Shown: one piece after another, positions 1-14,061 of the stretch | Layout of the letters: the number at the start of each line of letters is the position of its first letter | Position numbering within the stretch: position 1 is the first letter of the stretch | DNA from: Basidiobolus meristosporus CBS 931.73 | Taxonomy: Eukaryota > Fungi > Basidiobolomycota | DNA length: 64,000 nucleotides | NCBI GenBank assembly: GCA_002104905.1 | Contig: MCFE01000143.1 | Coordinates: 91,647-155,646, forward strand | Reading direction: 5' to 3' | Notes under the pieces: generated by a model | The model's database searches: none | What the model was told of the DNA's origin: nothing | What the model saw: the letters and a program-made list of their open reading frames with translations, nothing else | Program-made: the position numbers and the translations under genes

Positions 1-3000
1 TACTACCTTCAATGGGCACACTGTCCACAGGGCCTTTTTTGGATGTAGCCCTGCTTGTTACACTGAATGTCAAAGCAAGCTGTTGTCCAACCATTCTTCT
101 GTTGCCATCAGCGGTTGGGTTTGGTTGGGAACCAGACAACTTTGCTTTAATTTTTGCCAGCATATATATGGAAGTGAGTCAAACCTAAGGGGAAATAATG
201 TTACATATATGTGTGTATGTGGTACCACAACTTTATTTGTAATGCTTTTTATGGCAGGTCATCATTGAATCTTGCATTCATGTAGGTGCAATGTCTTATA
301 TACAAGACATGCGCATTGACCAAAAAGTGATATAATAGCATTGGGTCGTTGAAGGTCAAACTGTTTGCCCCATAGATAAGACTACTTTGACTCAATGCTG
401 TAAGAGAAGAGAAAATAGGCCATGTGGCTATTGTGGCAAGCCTCGAAGCATGCAGACAGCATAGGAAGTATTACAAGGATCACAGCCAGTATTTTGCCAC
501 CCAAGTCATAGTTGACTGTTCATTGATCAATATTGTACCAACATTATCTTGCCAGCCAGTGGATACTTCTATGTTGGCACCTGGTTGTCTTTGTCACCTT
601 GCACAAACTGAGTCAGGTGCATTTGTGATGACTTTACGCTCACCTCAGCCTTCTGAATATGGCACGCAAAGTGATAGCTCTGACAAAGAAGGTTCACTGA
701 TGGATTTGTTGTGTTGTATTATGACTAGTTTGGGGCTTGTTCTACAATGTAGAGGCTAACCAACAATATACCACAACTTTCAGTATGCTAATACTGAAAT
801 AGTTTATTGGGAGTTTGATATACCAATAGAAGTTATAACTTCCACTAATATCCTCAGTCTTAGGCTCAAAATATACCATAGGCAGAGTTTCTCACTTCTA
901 CAGCAGTGTTCTGACCTTCTGTTGACTAATGGGCATATTTGCTTTTAAAATAACTTTTCCTTATTTGGAAGTCATGTTCCTTTCTGAGAAAATTTTTCCA
1001 AATATAGAAATACTGAGCTCCCCTTTAACCTAAAGGGGTGTGTTGTAGAAGTCTCTAAAGGGGTCTTTAGACCTGAAGGGGTGTCTAAAGGGGTGTTCTT
1101 AGAGTAAAGGGGCTTCTGGTAGTGGTCTCTAAAGTGGACTTTACACTAAAGGGGCTTCTTAAAAGGGACTTTTCTGACAGAAAAGAGGTAGTTTTTGTAG
1201 AACTTAGATTGGATTCTTGTGAGCTTTGCGGTCTCTTTACTGATGTAGTATTGATCAATGTCAGAATACTCAACAGTGCAAGTGATGCAGGGGAAGTCTT
1301 ATAACCTTTAAACATGTAATTGTAGTGTGAAGATTCTGGAAAGAGAGGCTCTCCTTTATTTTTCAGCTGGGGAAGTCATATATATGAGATTTCTGAAGGA
1401 TCAAAGTTTTTGGGCAATTGCACAAGCAATGCACATGATACAAAGCTAAAACATTGCAGTGGTGCAGATTGGACATAGGCGCAGCACCTGTGAAAATTTC
1501 ATGTATCCCATAACAACAGTACCATGTATGAGTCCGGTCAAATCCCTATATGCAATGAGACAACAACTGTTGAAACAAATGCCAAGGATAGTTTATGGAG
1601 CCAAGTGAGCCCAGTAATCCATCTACTGGTGAATGATGTAATGTTGTGGCTAGAGAAGTGGCGTGTTTCCACTAATAGCAGTAATGGGGGCTTTGAGGAT
1701 TTATTACTACTTCTTGCCAAAATTATTCCAAGATGCAACTTACCATGTATATGGTATAAGTGGACAACCGTCATGTGGCTGGCAACATATGACCCAGAGA
1801 CTGTCCTGATTCCAGCATGCGTTAACAGTTGAATGGCATTCATATCCAAAAATGCTACCATTGAAACATGTCCAAATTGTCAGGAATCCACCACCATTGC
1901 AGGAAAACATTGCTCACACTCTGGATATATTCCAGTCATACCCCATCTGAGGAAGCTAATGCAGTCCAACAAATATAGCAAAGCTATATAGTACCACACT
2001 CAGTATCAATTAAGCGCAAACATATCCAATATATTTCATGGCAAACATTAGAAACAGCTCAGAAGCAAGGGTACTTTGAAGGTATGTATGACCATGCCTT
2101 TGCTTTAGCACTTGATGGATTCTCATAATACAAGTACTCTACTAGCAAATCCTGCTGGCCAGTGATTCTCATCAATCTGAGTCTGCTACCCATCCTATGG
2201 TATCAGAGCAATAATCTGATTGTAGTCTTACTGGTATCTGGGCCTAAATCACCACCCAACCTGGATAGCTACCTGTATCCATTGCTGGATGAATTTTGTA
2301 TGCTTTCCAGCAGGGTAATAGTGAATGGCTGTCATGTAAAAGCACATATTATTATCTGCATTGGAGATACCCCAGCCATCAGCAAGATAGCAGGTTATTC
2401 CGGGCACAATGAATGGTATTGCAGTCAAATGCATGAGATCCAGGGGATTTATTCCATAACTCACACACATTATCATGACCCAAACACCAGCACTAAGTAC
2501 ATCTTCTTTCCACAGAGCAAATGCAAAGAAGTCAGTGTGCAATTGCAGCAAAGTTGGCAGGCTGTACACTGTTGGACAGAAAATGGAATTAACTGGAAAC
2601 CAGAGATACTTAAGATAGAGGGTATCTGTTGGAGCAAAAGCTTTCCACTAGGAGCAATGCATTTGCTTTTCAGCAATATCCGTATACTGAAGAGCAAGTT
2701 TTGCATGAGGCATCTCAAGCTAAACAAGCCCTTCAGATACTGGAGAAATTTGAACAGATTGGCAAGATATTGCAGAGTAACCACTACCCTAAGTACTTCT
2801 CATGGGCTCCAATCAATATTCATACACATATGCAACAATACAAATGCAAAGACTGGATGAACTGGATATGTATTTATTCAAGTGGTGTTTAGAAGCCATT
2901 CCTATCAAGAGTACATTGGAAGCATTGGGAGTCATATGTGATCATTGTAAGAATATTTATCCAGAAGCAGATCACCAATGCCAACTTGACGCATATATAG

Positions 3001-4317
3001 CTGTGGTGCAAGGAGTTTGTGATAGGACTTGAGCAGATATACTACAAACTTAAAGCTGAATATGTAGATCTCTGCCGCTACTGTATTCATTCTCTACTCC
3101 ATCTTGCCCAGTTTGTGGAGAATATTGGACCTTGCTTCACCTTTTGGATTTTCCTATGGAGTGGATGTGTAGGAGATAGGAAGACAAGTCAAGTTGCAGG
3201 TACTATCATATCTCAATCTCATCAAGAATACTACCTTCAAGTCTGTCATGGATGTGATGAGTTGGTACATGCAGGACAGCCCGGAAGAGTTGAAAATACT
3301 GAGGACAAATGTGCACATGGAGTCACCTATGCCTATGGCATTAAGAAGCTAAGTAGCCCAAATGTGTGGGTAATCAGTTAAGTAATGCAAAGTTGGGTTA
3401 GATGCAACAAGCAACTAATTTTTATCAGGAAAACTCTACCAAGGTATGCATGATTTCTCATGGTCATAAGCCAACTTCCACACCATTCAATACAGTATTC
3501 ACACAAACAAAAGCCAGAGCACACCTATAAGGGGGACTAGAATCCAGCAGGGAGAAGCAATATATTGGCTATATACCAAGAAGTTCTTCTCAGATATTCA
3601 GGAGGTATTCATGGCAGGAGTGGTGACAACCAAGCATATGTTTGCAAGATGTATATGTTACCAGCAGTACAAGGTATATGGCAACTTTGCAAGTATCACA
3701 CTAAAAAGCCATAAAGTTGAGGTTATAGAAGTATGTCAATTGCGGCAGGTGTGCATGTCTATAGAGGTTAGTAAACAGGAGGCCATAGTTTTTTTTTTGA
3801 TTTGAACTATATGTGGAATACCCAAGGTAGTAGTTGGTAAGTAAATAAAGAGGGGTGATTCCACAGTGGAATATATCAATTGCACAAGGGGAGGTAGAGA
3901 AAGGAAATACCACTTGGTAATTGGTATGGTAGCTTTGTACAGAACCAGTGGTAGACCATCATACTGCTGATATAATGCCATCAGAGTTTCACAGTGAGGC
4001 CATCAAAATACCGTCAAGTTTCTTGCCATATAAGGCAATTGGATGTCCTGGCCAATTGGACCTATTTAAAATAGTTATAGAGTGCTAAAAGACCACAACA
4101 GTACCATGCAAATATTGTCACAGCACCAATTAAATATTGTCAAGTTCTATCCCTTTATTGGTTTGTAAAATCAGCAAAGCACAGTTGTGATCCTGTCATA
4201 AGATTGTTAGGAGGGTCACTAATTCCAAGCTGCTGATATTATGATGGTCTCCAAATGGGATCCTGATGGCTGATCCAGATTGGATCCACTTGTGGGCCCA
4301 AATTATTTTTCATAAGA
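1..4317 (+). mobile_element. Degenerate CACTA/EnSpm-type (Tnp2/Transposase_21) DNA transposon, copy 1; runs off the left edge
   Basis: Broken ORFs at 1524-3381 carry Tnp2-type segments (YDPETVLIPACVNS, ILINLSLLPILWYQ..LVSGPKSPPNLDSYLYPLLDEF, IGDTPAISK, SFPLGAMHLLF) with many stops and frameshifts. Positions 60-700 align with the reverse complement of about 9650-10290 (copy 2). Confidence 0.85.
705..1490. other. About 0.8 kb foreign insertion splitting transposase copy 1; contains AAGGG(G)-rich low-complexity repeats at about 1030-1170
   Basis: The copy-1 sequence breaks after CACTGATGGAT (~700) and resumes near ACAACAGTACC (~1512), whereas copies 2 and 3 are contiguous there. Origin unidentified; boundaries approximate. 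Confidence 0.5.
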
Positions 4318-7300
4318 TTTCTTGAATTCCATGAAATTGCTCCTTTATAGTAAAGAAAAGTGTATCTTGTAGTGGGTCTTCTGTCTTCCAAATTTTGTCC
4401 CCAATCAGCATTAGAGTATCCCACAAAATCCTGTTCTGAGTCCTTTTAAGTGTATCTTAAGCAGATATCAGCAGTTCCTTTTAGGTGTCTAAAAATCCAC
4501 ATAACTGCTGCAATATGATCAGACCATAGTTCTGATTATGCTGGCTGACAGCTTCCACTGAATGTGAGATATCAGGATATGTTCCAAGCATGATGTACAT
4601 CCAACAGCAGGCCATAGATTGATGAGGAATGTCAGGGCTTTCAAATGGCAACTGGCTCTCTGAATTTGGTTGAGTTGTGACAAAGCTTAGGCTTGTCTCC
4701 ATTGAGGTAGCTGCTGGTTTACAGTCTTTCATTTGGCACTTCTTTAGTATATCTTGAATATACTTGGATGGGCTTAGGGTAGTATTCTGGGTACTTATGT
4801 CTATGGAGAACTTAGTCCCTAAGGAGTAACTGAGTTTTCCTAGATTGGATATCTAGAACTCTTTAGATAGGCTGGATTTAGTCTCCTCCAATGTTACTAG
4901 GTTATTGGCAGCTTTAATAAGATCATCCATATATAGAGCTAATAGAACTGGATTTGCTCTATCTGACTTATAGTATATACTATAGTTAGCATTACTCCTT
5001 TTGAAACTCAGAGATTGCAAATAAGAATCTATCTTGCAATTACAGGCTCTTGGTGATTTTTTGATACTATAGAGTAGTTTTTAAAGCTTGCAGACTAAAT
5101 GAGGGTTATCTTGGCTAACAAACCCATTGGGCGGGTTCATATACACTTCCTTATCAGGTTCTCCATTCAAAAATGCAGTTTTACATCCTATTGATGTACT
5201 AAAAACTTATATTTGGCTGCAATAGCCAATATTAATCTGATGGAATTAAACTTGGCTAGCAGTGCAAAGGTCTCAGTATAATCAAGTCCATTTGTTTGAG
5301 AGTATCCATTGGCCACAAGTCTTGCATTTTATCTTTCAATTGAACCATCAGACTTGTATTTTGTCTCAAAGACCAATCTGCATCCAATTGATTTTTTGCT
5401 GACTGGTAACTTGACCAGGTTCCAAGTTTGATATTCCATTGGGGCCTGATATTCCTCAGCCATTGCAGATCTCCAAAACTTAGTCTGATGGCTATTTAGG
5501 GCCTCTTTTGCAGTCTGGGGCTCATCAATATGGACTGAATAGGCATAGGCTAAGTTTGTACCCTCACTAATATAGTAATTTGGGCTATTTCTTGTTCAAT
5601 TGGATCTCCAGGCATTTGATACTGGAATGCTCACTTCTGGGATATTCCTGGGCACTGACTCTGGCTGACCACAGCTGTAGAGTCCTTTAGAGGGAAAAAC
5701 CTTTCATTGTTTTGCTCCAATTCAATCCTGACTATTGGTTGACTTGTGATCAAATATTTGTCATCATCTAATATCATTTTTTGTGAAAATTTTGAATTTT
5801 CATAAAACAACACATCCCTGGACTTGATTGGCTTCTTTGCTTTGGTTTTGCAGAGTTTGTATGCCTTACTCTCATTGCAGTAGCCCAAAAATATGCATTT
5901 TACATTTTTTGGCTAAAATTTTGACTGATTTGCAGGCAGTTTCTTGGCATGTGCTGTACACCAAAATATTCAATGTTTCTGCTCTTGTCCTGTATCCATA
6001 CTATGCTGCAAATGGAGTAGAATCACAAATCATTCTGCTATAACTCCATTTTCAAGGTATACAGCAGTGGCAATGGATTCTACCCAAAAGTCATAGGATA
6101 ATTCTTGAACATGGATCATAGATGTTGCCATTTACTGATTTTGGCTTCCAGATATGATGGAATATAAGTCATCTTCTATAGATTTTGATCTCTGATACCC
6201 AACGCAATATGAGCACTATTTTAATCAGTGACCCTGCATCCTGAATTGTCAAAGCAGAAGCTGAATCCTTCTGCTGTGGCCTAGCTTACAGATAGTAGGT
6301 TCTTGGCTATTTCTGGTACTTGGAGTACTTCTTTAAAAGTCAGTATATGGCTTCCTTTGCTGCTTCTGAGGTTTACTTGTAAAGTTCCTTCTCCCTCTGC
6401 GTCAAGTGTTCTATTGTCATCCATGAAAACCTTCTTGATTGGAATTTCTTGATATTGGGTAAAAAGTTCTTTTTGGTGTGCAAAGTGTAGAGATGCTCCA
6501 TAATCAATATAGCACATCTGAGAATCCTTGTTTGTGGTCATATCTAGTGCAGATATGAATAGACTATGTTCAGTTGTTGCAGTATTTCCATATTCAGGCT
6601 TCTTTTGCTGATTATCTCTCTTTTTGATACACCAGTCTGATGTGTGTCCTTTCCTTTTGCAGTAGTTGCAAAACAGGTTGCTGTTGCCTTTGTGGGGTCT
6701 TGGGTACCTTCTTTGTTGGTTATTACTGCTTAATAAAGCATTTTCATCTTCCTTCCTATTGGCACTAAATTTTCTTAATTCTTCATCAAGGAGCCTTCCA
6801 TACACATAATTTAAGGTCAAATCTTCAGTTCTGGACTCTAGGGCTGCTACAAGGCCTTGCAGCTTGTCTGTCAGCCTTTTTGGAATGGTGACTATCACAT
6901 CCTCATCAGTAGCTGGTATGCCCACAAATTCTATTTCATACACCAGCAGGTAATTCTGCTAATTAGAATTTTCATTTCTTCTCCTGGCAGCATCTTTGTA
7001 GTAAGAATTTTTGTCCAAGGTACATCTTCTAAGCAGCTGAACATGACTGGTAGGTTTCAACTAATGCCTTCCTGGTGTTCTTTGCCATTTTTGCTCTTGA
7101 GCATTGAATTAGCAATTTGTTTTTAACATTAAGGCAAATGCAGATAAAGGCACTTTGTTCTCTCCTCTGATACCTTAAGGCTTCCTCTTCCACATTTCTA
7201 GGACGGCATTCTTCTCCCATGACAGTATCCAAAAGGACTCTTTCTTGTAGCAGCATCTTCATCTTCACCTTCCACACTTGGTAGTTAGATCCATCCAACT

Positions 7301-7724
7301 TTTCAGCAGAGGGAAAAGTTCCAGTAACAGCAGTGGTAGACATTGTGGAGAGTGACAGCTTGGGGCTAATAACCTGTTGTAAGAGTCTTGGACATATTGG
7401 AAGTGAGTTGGGAGAACAAATAGATTATGTAGTATCACTTGGTTATTTATTGAATGTCAAAGTAGTATTTATACTTTTACATGATCTTGGCATAACAAAC
7501 ATGTAGAATAGGTTAAGAAAGGTCCCAAGAACATGTGTGCAAAGTTTGGGGCTGTTTGAACAGCATTGAGAATTGTCATGTTCTGGGTACCTGGTATTTT
7601 AATGAAAATATTCTAAGTAAATCCCAACAAGGAATTTGGTCAGTAGTCTCTAGACTTTGAAGGTAATGCTCTAAGTGACTAAGTTAGGTAAATATTTAGG
7701 TGTAATTTCAAATTATTCACAACA
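4318..7724 (-). mobile_element. Degenerate Ty1/copia LTR retrotransposon, 3'-truncated inside RNase H, integrase core deleted
   Basis: Gag with an intact knuckle CNYCKRKGHTSDWC, protease-like CYIDYGAS, and RT/RNase H remnants (YSNADWGQNLEDRR, KGAISWNSR). The sequence jumps from the pre-integrase region to MARSMIH-like sequence near 6130-6150. 5' LTR at 7375-7724. Confidence 0.92.
7375..7724 (-). repeat. Copia LTR (350 bp, one terminal unit)
   Basis: TGTTG...CAACA ends; homologous to the LTRs at 18547, 23952 and 24654; adjacent degenerate PBS (GGTTATTAGCCCC on the minus strand). Confidence 0.9.
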
Positions 7725-10160
7725 CTATCACCTCAACTTTACAGCTTTTTAGTGTGATACTTGCAAAGTTGCCATATACCTTGTACTGCTGGTAACATAT
7801 ACATCTTGCAAATATAAGCTTGGTTGTTGCTACTTCCACCATCAATACATCCTGTATATCTGCATCAAACTCCTTAATATTTAACCATGTATTCCTTCTC
7901 CATGCTGAAATCTAGTCCCCCTTATACATGTGCTCTGGCTCTTGTTTGTATGAATTCTTGATTGAGTGGTGTAGAAGTTGGCCTGTGACCATGAGACATC
8001 TGGCATACCTGAGTTGAGTTTTCCTAATAAAAACTAGTTGCTTGTTGCACGCAATCTAGTTTTGCATTACTTAACTGATTACCCACCCATTGGGCTGCTT
8101 AGCTTCTTAATGCAACAAGCTTAGGTGTCTCCATGTGCACATCTATCCTCAGTATTCTACAACTCTTTCTGGCTGTTCTCCATGTGAGCACTCATCATAT
8201 CCTTGACAGACTTGAAAGTACTATCTTGATGAGATTAGGATAGGGTAGTACCTGTGAATTGACTTGTCTTCCTATCTCCCCACACATTCACTCCATAAGA
8301 GACTCCCAAAAGGTGAAGCAAGGCCCAATATTTGCAATAAACCAAGCAAGATGGAGTAGAGAATGGATATAGTAGTGGCAGAGATCTACACATTCAGCGT
8401 TATGTTTGTAGTGTAGCTGCTCAAATCCCATCACAAGCTTCAGACTGATGAAAAATAAGTGCATTGCTCCCAGTGTAAAGCTTTTGCTCCAACAGATACC
8501 CTCTATCTTAAGTATCTCTGGTTTCTAATTGATTCCATATTCTGGCCAATGGCATATAGCTTGCCAACTTTGCTGCAATTGCATGCTGACTTCTATACAT
8601 TCTCTCTGTGGGAAGATGATGTTCTTAGTGTTAGTGTTTAGGTAATAATAATGTGTGTGAGTTATGCAGTAAGTCCCCTGGATCTCACACATTTGATAGC
8701 AATACCATCCATTGTGCACAGAAAAACTGCTATCTTGCTGATAGCATGGGTATCTCCAATGTAGATAGCAATATGTAACTTTACATGACAGCCACTTACT
8801 GCTATCCTGCTGGAAAGCATACAAAATTCATCCAGCAATGGATACAGGTAAATATCCAGGTTGGACGGTGATTTAGGCCCAGATACCAGTAAGACTACCA
8901 ACAGATTTTTGCTCTGATACTGTAAGATGGGTGGCAGATTCAGATTGATGAGAATCATAGGCCAGCAGGATTTGCTGGTAAAGCACTTGTTTTATGAGAA
9001 TCCATTAAATGCAAAAGCAAAGATATAGTCTTTGATACCTTCAAAGTAGCCCTTGCTTCTTAGCTGTTTGTGATGTTTGCCATCAGATATATTGGATATT
9101 TTTGTGCATGACTGATACTGAGTGCAGTACTCTGTAGCTTTGCAATATTTGCTGGACTGCATGAGCTTCCTTAGATACAATTTTACCAGAATATATCTGG
9201 AGTGTGAAAAATGTTATCCCTCAACAGTGCTGGATGCCTGACAATTTGGTCACATTGCAATGGTAGTATTTTTGGATGTGAATGTCATGTAACTGTTAAC
9301 ACATACTGGAATCAAAACAGTGTCTGGGTCATATGATGCCAGCTGCATGATGGCTGTCCACTTGTACCATGTACATGGTAAGTTGCATCCTGGAATGATT
9401 TTGGCAAGAAGTAGTAATGAATCCTTAAAGCCCCCATTGTTGATATTTGTGGAAACATGCCACTTCTCTAGTCACAACATTATATCATTCATCAGCAGAT
9501 GGATTGCTGTGCTCACTTGGCTCCATCAAGTATCCTTGGGATTTATTTCAACAGGTATTGTCTCATTACACATTGGGATTTGGCCAGGCTCATGTGTGGT
9601 ACTGTTGTCAGGGGAGATAGGGTCACAATCAATCAGTGAACCTTCTTTATCAGAGCTATCACTCTGCAAGCCATATTCCAAAGGCTGAGGTGAGCCTAAA
9701 GGTGTCACAAACTCATCTGACTTGGTTTGCGCAAGGTGACAAAGACAGCCAGGTGCCTATATAGAAGTATCAACTGGCTGGCACAATAATGTTGGTACAG
9801 TAGTGACTGATGTATAGTCAAATATGACTTGTGTGGCAAAACACTAGCTATGAGCCTTGTAATACTTTCTATACTGTCTGCATGCTTTATGGCTGAGAGG
9901 CTTGCTACAATAGCCACATGGTCCTTTTTCTCTTCCCTTACAGCATTGAGTCAAAGTAGTCTTGTCCATGAGGCAAACAGCTTGACCTTCAACAATGCAG
10001 TGCTATTATATCACTTTTTGCTCAATATTCATGTGCATTCAAGACAACCTTGTATTTGGGGCATTGCACCTACATGAATGTAAGATTCAATGATGACCTG
10101 CCATTGTAATCATTATAAATAAAGTTATGGCACCATATATGCATGTATATGTAACACTAG
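7725..10160 (-). mobile_element. Degenerate Tnp2/CACTA-type transposase, copy 2 (3' part cut by the copia insertion)
   Basis: ORF pieces ILINLNLPPILQYQSKNLLVVLLVSGPKSPSNLDIYLYPLLDEF, SKGYFEGIKDYIFAFAFNGFS and PGQIPMCNET; colinear with copies 1 and 3. Confidence 0.85.
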
Positions 10161-10189
10161 TTCCCCTTTGGCTTGACTCACTTCCATAT

Positions 10190-13100
10190 ATATGCTGCCA
10201 AAAAGTAAAGCAAAGCTGTCAGGTTCCCAGCCAAACCCCACTGCTGATGGCAGCAGAAGAACAGTTGGGCAACTGCTTGCTTTGACATTCAATGGAACAA
10301 GCATGGCTACATCCAACAAAGGCCATGTTAACTGTGGGCCCACTGCATGTAATAATGTGGACTCCTCAGGCTCTCAGTCAAGTAGGCAATTGAGAACCTC
10401 TGCAGAGCCACAAGCTAACTGTTATGCTCAGGCAGATGTGAATGTAGCAAATGCAGTACCCTCAGTTGAAGACCAGCAAGTAGCTGTCATAACATCACCA
10501 TCACCCATATCAGCAAGTATGTTGTCTGCTCATACCAAAGCATAAATGAAGCAATTAGGTGCAGTGGCTGATAAGATAGATGCATTGGCCTGAAGACATC
10601 AGGAAATAGTCCAGAAACAGGATAAGTGGATAACATGTGTAGACCAATCAGTATCCCAGGTAGAGAAAGCAGTATCTTTGCTGCAAAGAAGGAACTCAAG
10701 TAGCTTGATGTCACAGCCAAGAATTGAGCCATTTCCTGATGTAACAGCAGAGGAAGACTGCACAGTCTTTGAAGCACAACAATAGTACCCAAAGATAAAG
10801 CCTGCAGAAAAACCTATTACAGTATGGGAGGGAGACAATGTGATGCTTATAACAAAGCCTAAAAATCAAAAGACATTGAAGATCTGTGAAGACATTGAGT
10901 GCAATAATAAAGAGTGGGCCAATATTCAAGAGGCTGTCAGAAGTCTAGCTCACCATCACCTTTAGGCTGGCATACCATGGGCCATCAGGAACTCAAAGCC
11001 AAGTAGAATGCTCTTGACTTGTTCCATGAGCATCATCCTGGATGCAAACAGGCAAACAGATATTGGGCTAGCATTGGTATGCTAAGAAAGTGTCTTGAGA
11101 GTAGCAGAAACTATTAAAGGCAGAAGAACAAGGGTGCCATGGCTAATAACCAGTGGCTTCCTCAGGAGCCCATCCCAAGCAGAGCCAAAAGCCCCCAACA
11201 AGCATCAAGGAGATGTCAGGTAGCTGGAAGAGTGCCAATAGGGGACAAGCAGGCAGTCATGGATGCACTAGCACAACATTTGTCAAGGAAAAGGTGTAGT
11301 ACCACTCAAGAAGCACTCAGTCAAAGTAGAAATGGAGGACTTGAAGGTGATAAACACCAGCGGCTTCTACAGGAGCCTGTTGCAACTACAGTTGAGTCCT
11401 CAAAACAAGCAGAAAAGAAATATCAGGTTGCCAGAAGAGTGGTGGCAAGGAACAAGCGGGCTAAAAGAGATGCATCAGAGCAGAACCTATCAAGGAGAAA
11501 ATGTAGCTCATTACAAGAAGCACTCAGACAAAGTAGTAGTGAAAGACTGGCATTGATAAAGGAAAAGGTAAAGGAAAAAATTTCTACCCAAGCCTGAGAC
11601 AGGTAGGCATGCAAAAAAACTGCAGTTCTTGCTAATCAATGCTGCAAGCCTGGCACAGAATGAATACCATCATAGCCAAGAAGAATCAGCAACAAGAAAA
11701 CAGATGTTCTCACAAGAGTTGGAAGCGCAGTCAGTTGAGTTACACTCCAGCTAGGTGGATGAGTATGCAGAAAATGGCAATTTGTCTACCACAGCCTCTG
11801 CATCCTCCACTGCTGACAGAGTGGAGATCCCACTGACAGACATTCTACAATGTCAAGAACTCAAAAGACTATTGCAATGCCTTCAGTGGAATTTTGCAAC
11901 ATTAATAGGCATACCAGGAGGTAGCAGCACTTCTTCAAAAGCAGTGTGCTAAAAAACCCCTTGAATATTGCAAGTATTTATTGCAAAGACTGGCAGATGA
12001 GGTGCTAGACCTTGCAGTGCTGGCTGAAGACCAGGATGTGTAGGAACTAGTGAATCAACATTGGCATAAAACTGTTGGGTTCCCACCAAAGTTGTGGAAC
12101 CAGAGCATTACAGCAGAGGTACTTATTGAGTAGAGGATTTTGATGGAGTTACTTGTTGAGCGTGGGGTTGGGCTTAATGTTAGTGGAGGGTATAAGGACT
12201 TGTATAGGTCAATACAATGGTGTCCTGATAGGATCACAATCTCTTAGTCACCGGACTTTAAATTTGTGATAGCCTTTTGACAGGATCATTACAATAACTT
12301 TTTGTAGGGTTCCACATGCAATTTGCACAGTATGGGCCAGACATGTCCATTTGTGCCTCAACTTTGGAAACCCAAGAGATATTGAATGAGTTTTTGCCTC
12401 AGCTAAGTAATGTAATAAGTGATATACTAGTAGAGCTACATGGTTTCCAAGAGCAATACACACAGGACTCATCAAGGCAACAGTGCCAAAGTATTAGACA
12501 GAGGGTGAGTGGGTACCTTGAGTAATCAGAAGGTGACTTCAACAGGAAGAATACATACCAGAAGCAACTGTGTCAAGAGTGCACCAGCATGCCTTGCTGG
12601 ATTCCTTACCATCCCCTGCAGCATTGGCATGTTGATGCTTGTCAGTCCAATCCACACTAACACCCCTCACAAGAGTGCCCCACATTGAGTCAAAATGCAT
12701 CAGATCAACATTCATTCTTCAGGGCAAAACTACCAGAACCCACTAAACTGCTCATTTAGGCACAAGTCCATTGGAGAGGGCCAAGATGAGTCAACCTGTA
12801 ACATCACATTGAGCTCAGCCATGGGCTGTGCCAACACATCAAGTTGTGCCTGAGCATGCTGGCACATCTGAACATCAGCAAGTTACTTCTGGTGAACTGA
12901 CTGACAATGACCCACATGAAGTGCCTCCACCACCAGAGTCTTTGGCAAGTAAAAGAATGCATCAGCATGTGGCACCTCAGGCTGGTTCTGCTATATTGTC
13001 TGGGGCAATTTAGTGCAGCCAAGCTCCAGTATTGTGCTCATTAACTAGGAGGCAAAATACTGACTACAAGTACACAAGTAGCCAAGATGATTGTGCACAA

Positions 13101-13260
13101 GGAGGTAGTTCAGGTGTTCAATGTGAATCACTACCAAATTTTTCAGTAGTAATGCCTGTAAGAAAAAATCTAGGAGAAGATGATACAACCACAGTGAATT
13201 GTTGACATTTGTCACAATCCAAATCATGCATTTTTTTTGCAATCTAAATTGAGCCATTGC
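10190..13260 (+). pseudogene. Decayed accessory ORF of the same DNA transposon, head-to-head with the transposase; function unknown
   Basis: Chain of broken plus-strand ORFs (10192, 11139, 11755, 12316, 12828). Its 5' part recurs upstream of copy 1 (1-200, opposite strand), and 11950-12215 recurs at 25221-25490. No domain recognised; the 3' limit is uncertain. Confidence 0.45.
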
Positions 13261-13939
13261 AAATCTGTGATCATTAAGTTTTTGTCATAAGTAATATCAA
13301 GGTTGTCTTGCATTTGAGACTGTGCCCCTTTATAAACACCCTGCATATTTACACATCATTTGTAACACCAGTGCAGCTATTTAATCTGATTTACATCAAC
13401 ACAACTAGTTGCATGCTTGCTATGACACCAAGTCCAATTACTGAGATCAGGAACTTACTTGCTCAATGGGCAAAATGAAATATTTGATGATAAATCAGGT
13501 AGCTTGTGTGTTGGTCAATGAGCCAATTGGGGGCCAAGAGCTTTAGGATACTTTTAGACCAATCAACCATTGTCATACTATCTAATTGGAGTGATGGCAA
13601 CCATAATGGTGAGTATCTGTGTAGTTTATAGTGTGATACACATTTATTTCCATCCACATTAAAGAAACATATCCAAGTACTGGACTTTACCTACCACAAT
13701 AACAGTATGTGATTGCCCATGTGATGCAAACATCACAAGTTGGGGTAATTGTCTGTGCTAACCACATTGTGTCAGATTATGCCATAGTGTGCAAGATTGT
13801 CCCACATAGTGCAAAATTGACCAAGAGCAATCCTGCCTACTGGTTGCTACACTACCATGCCTGATTGTTCTTTGCAACCACAGATTGCACCACATGCCCT
13901 GGAGCAGTACAATGGAACAAGTCTCTTGAGTGTTAGCAA

Positions 13940-14061
13940 TGTTTTCCTCCTGAGGAGGTGGATTCCTGACAAGTTGAACACCTTGCAATGATCACATTTT
14001 CTGATTTGAATATCATGCAGGTCTTAATACATGCTGACATTAGAACAGTCTCTGGGTCATA
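13940..14061 (-). mobile_element. Short internal transposase fragment (YDPETVLMSAC-like)
   Basis: Matches the YDPETVL..AC coding segment of copies 1-3; abuts the end of copy 3. Confidence 0.55.

Noticed and set aside
13260-13940. Cys-containing broken frames (YCSRACGAICGC) between transposon pieces
   Set aside because: Too decayed to assign; CpG-poor context suggests TE debris rather than a host gene.
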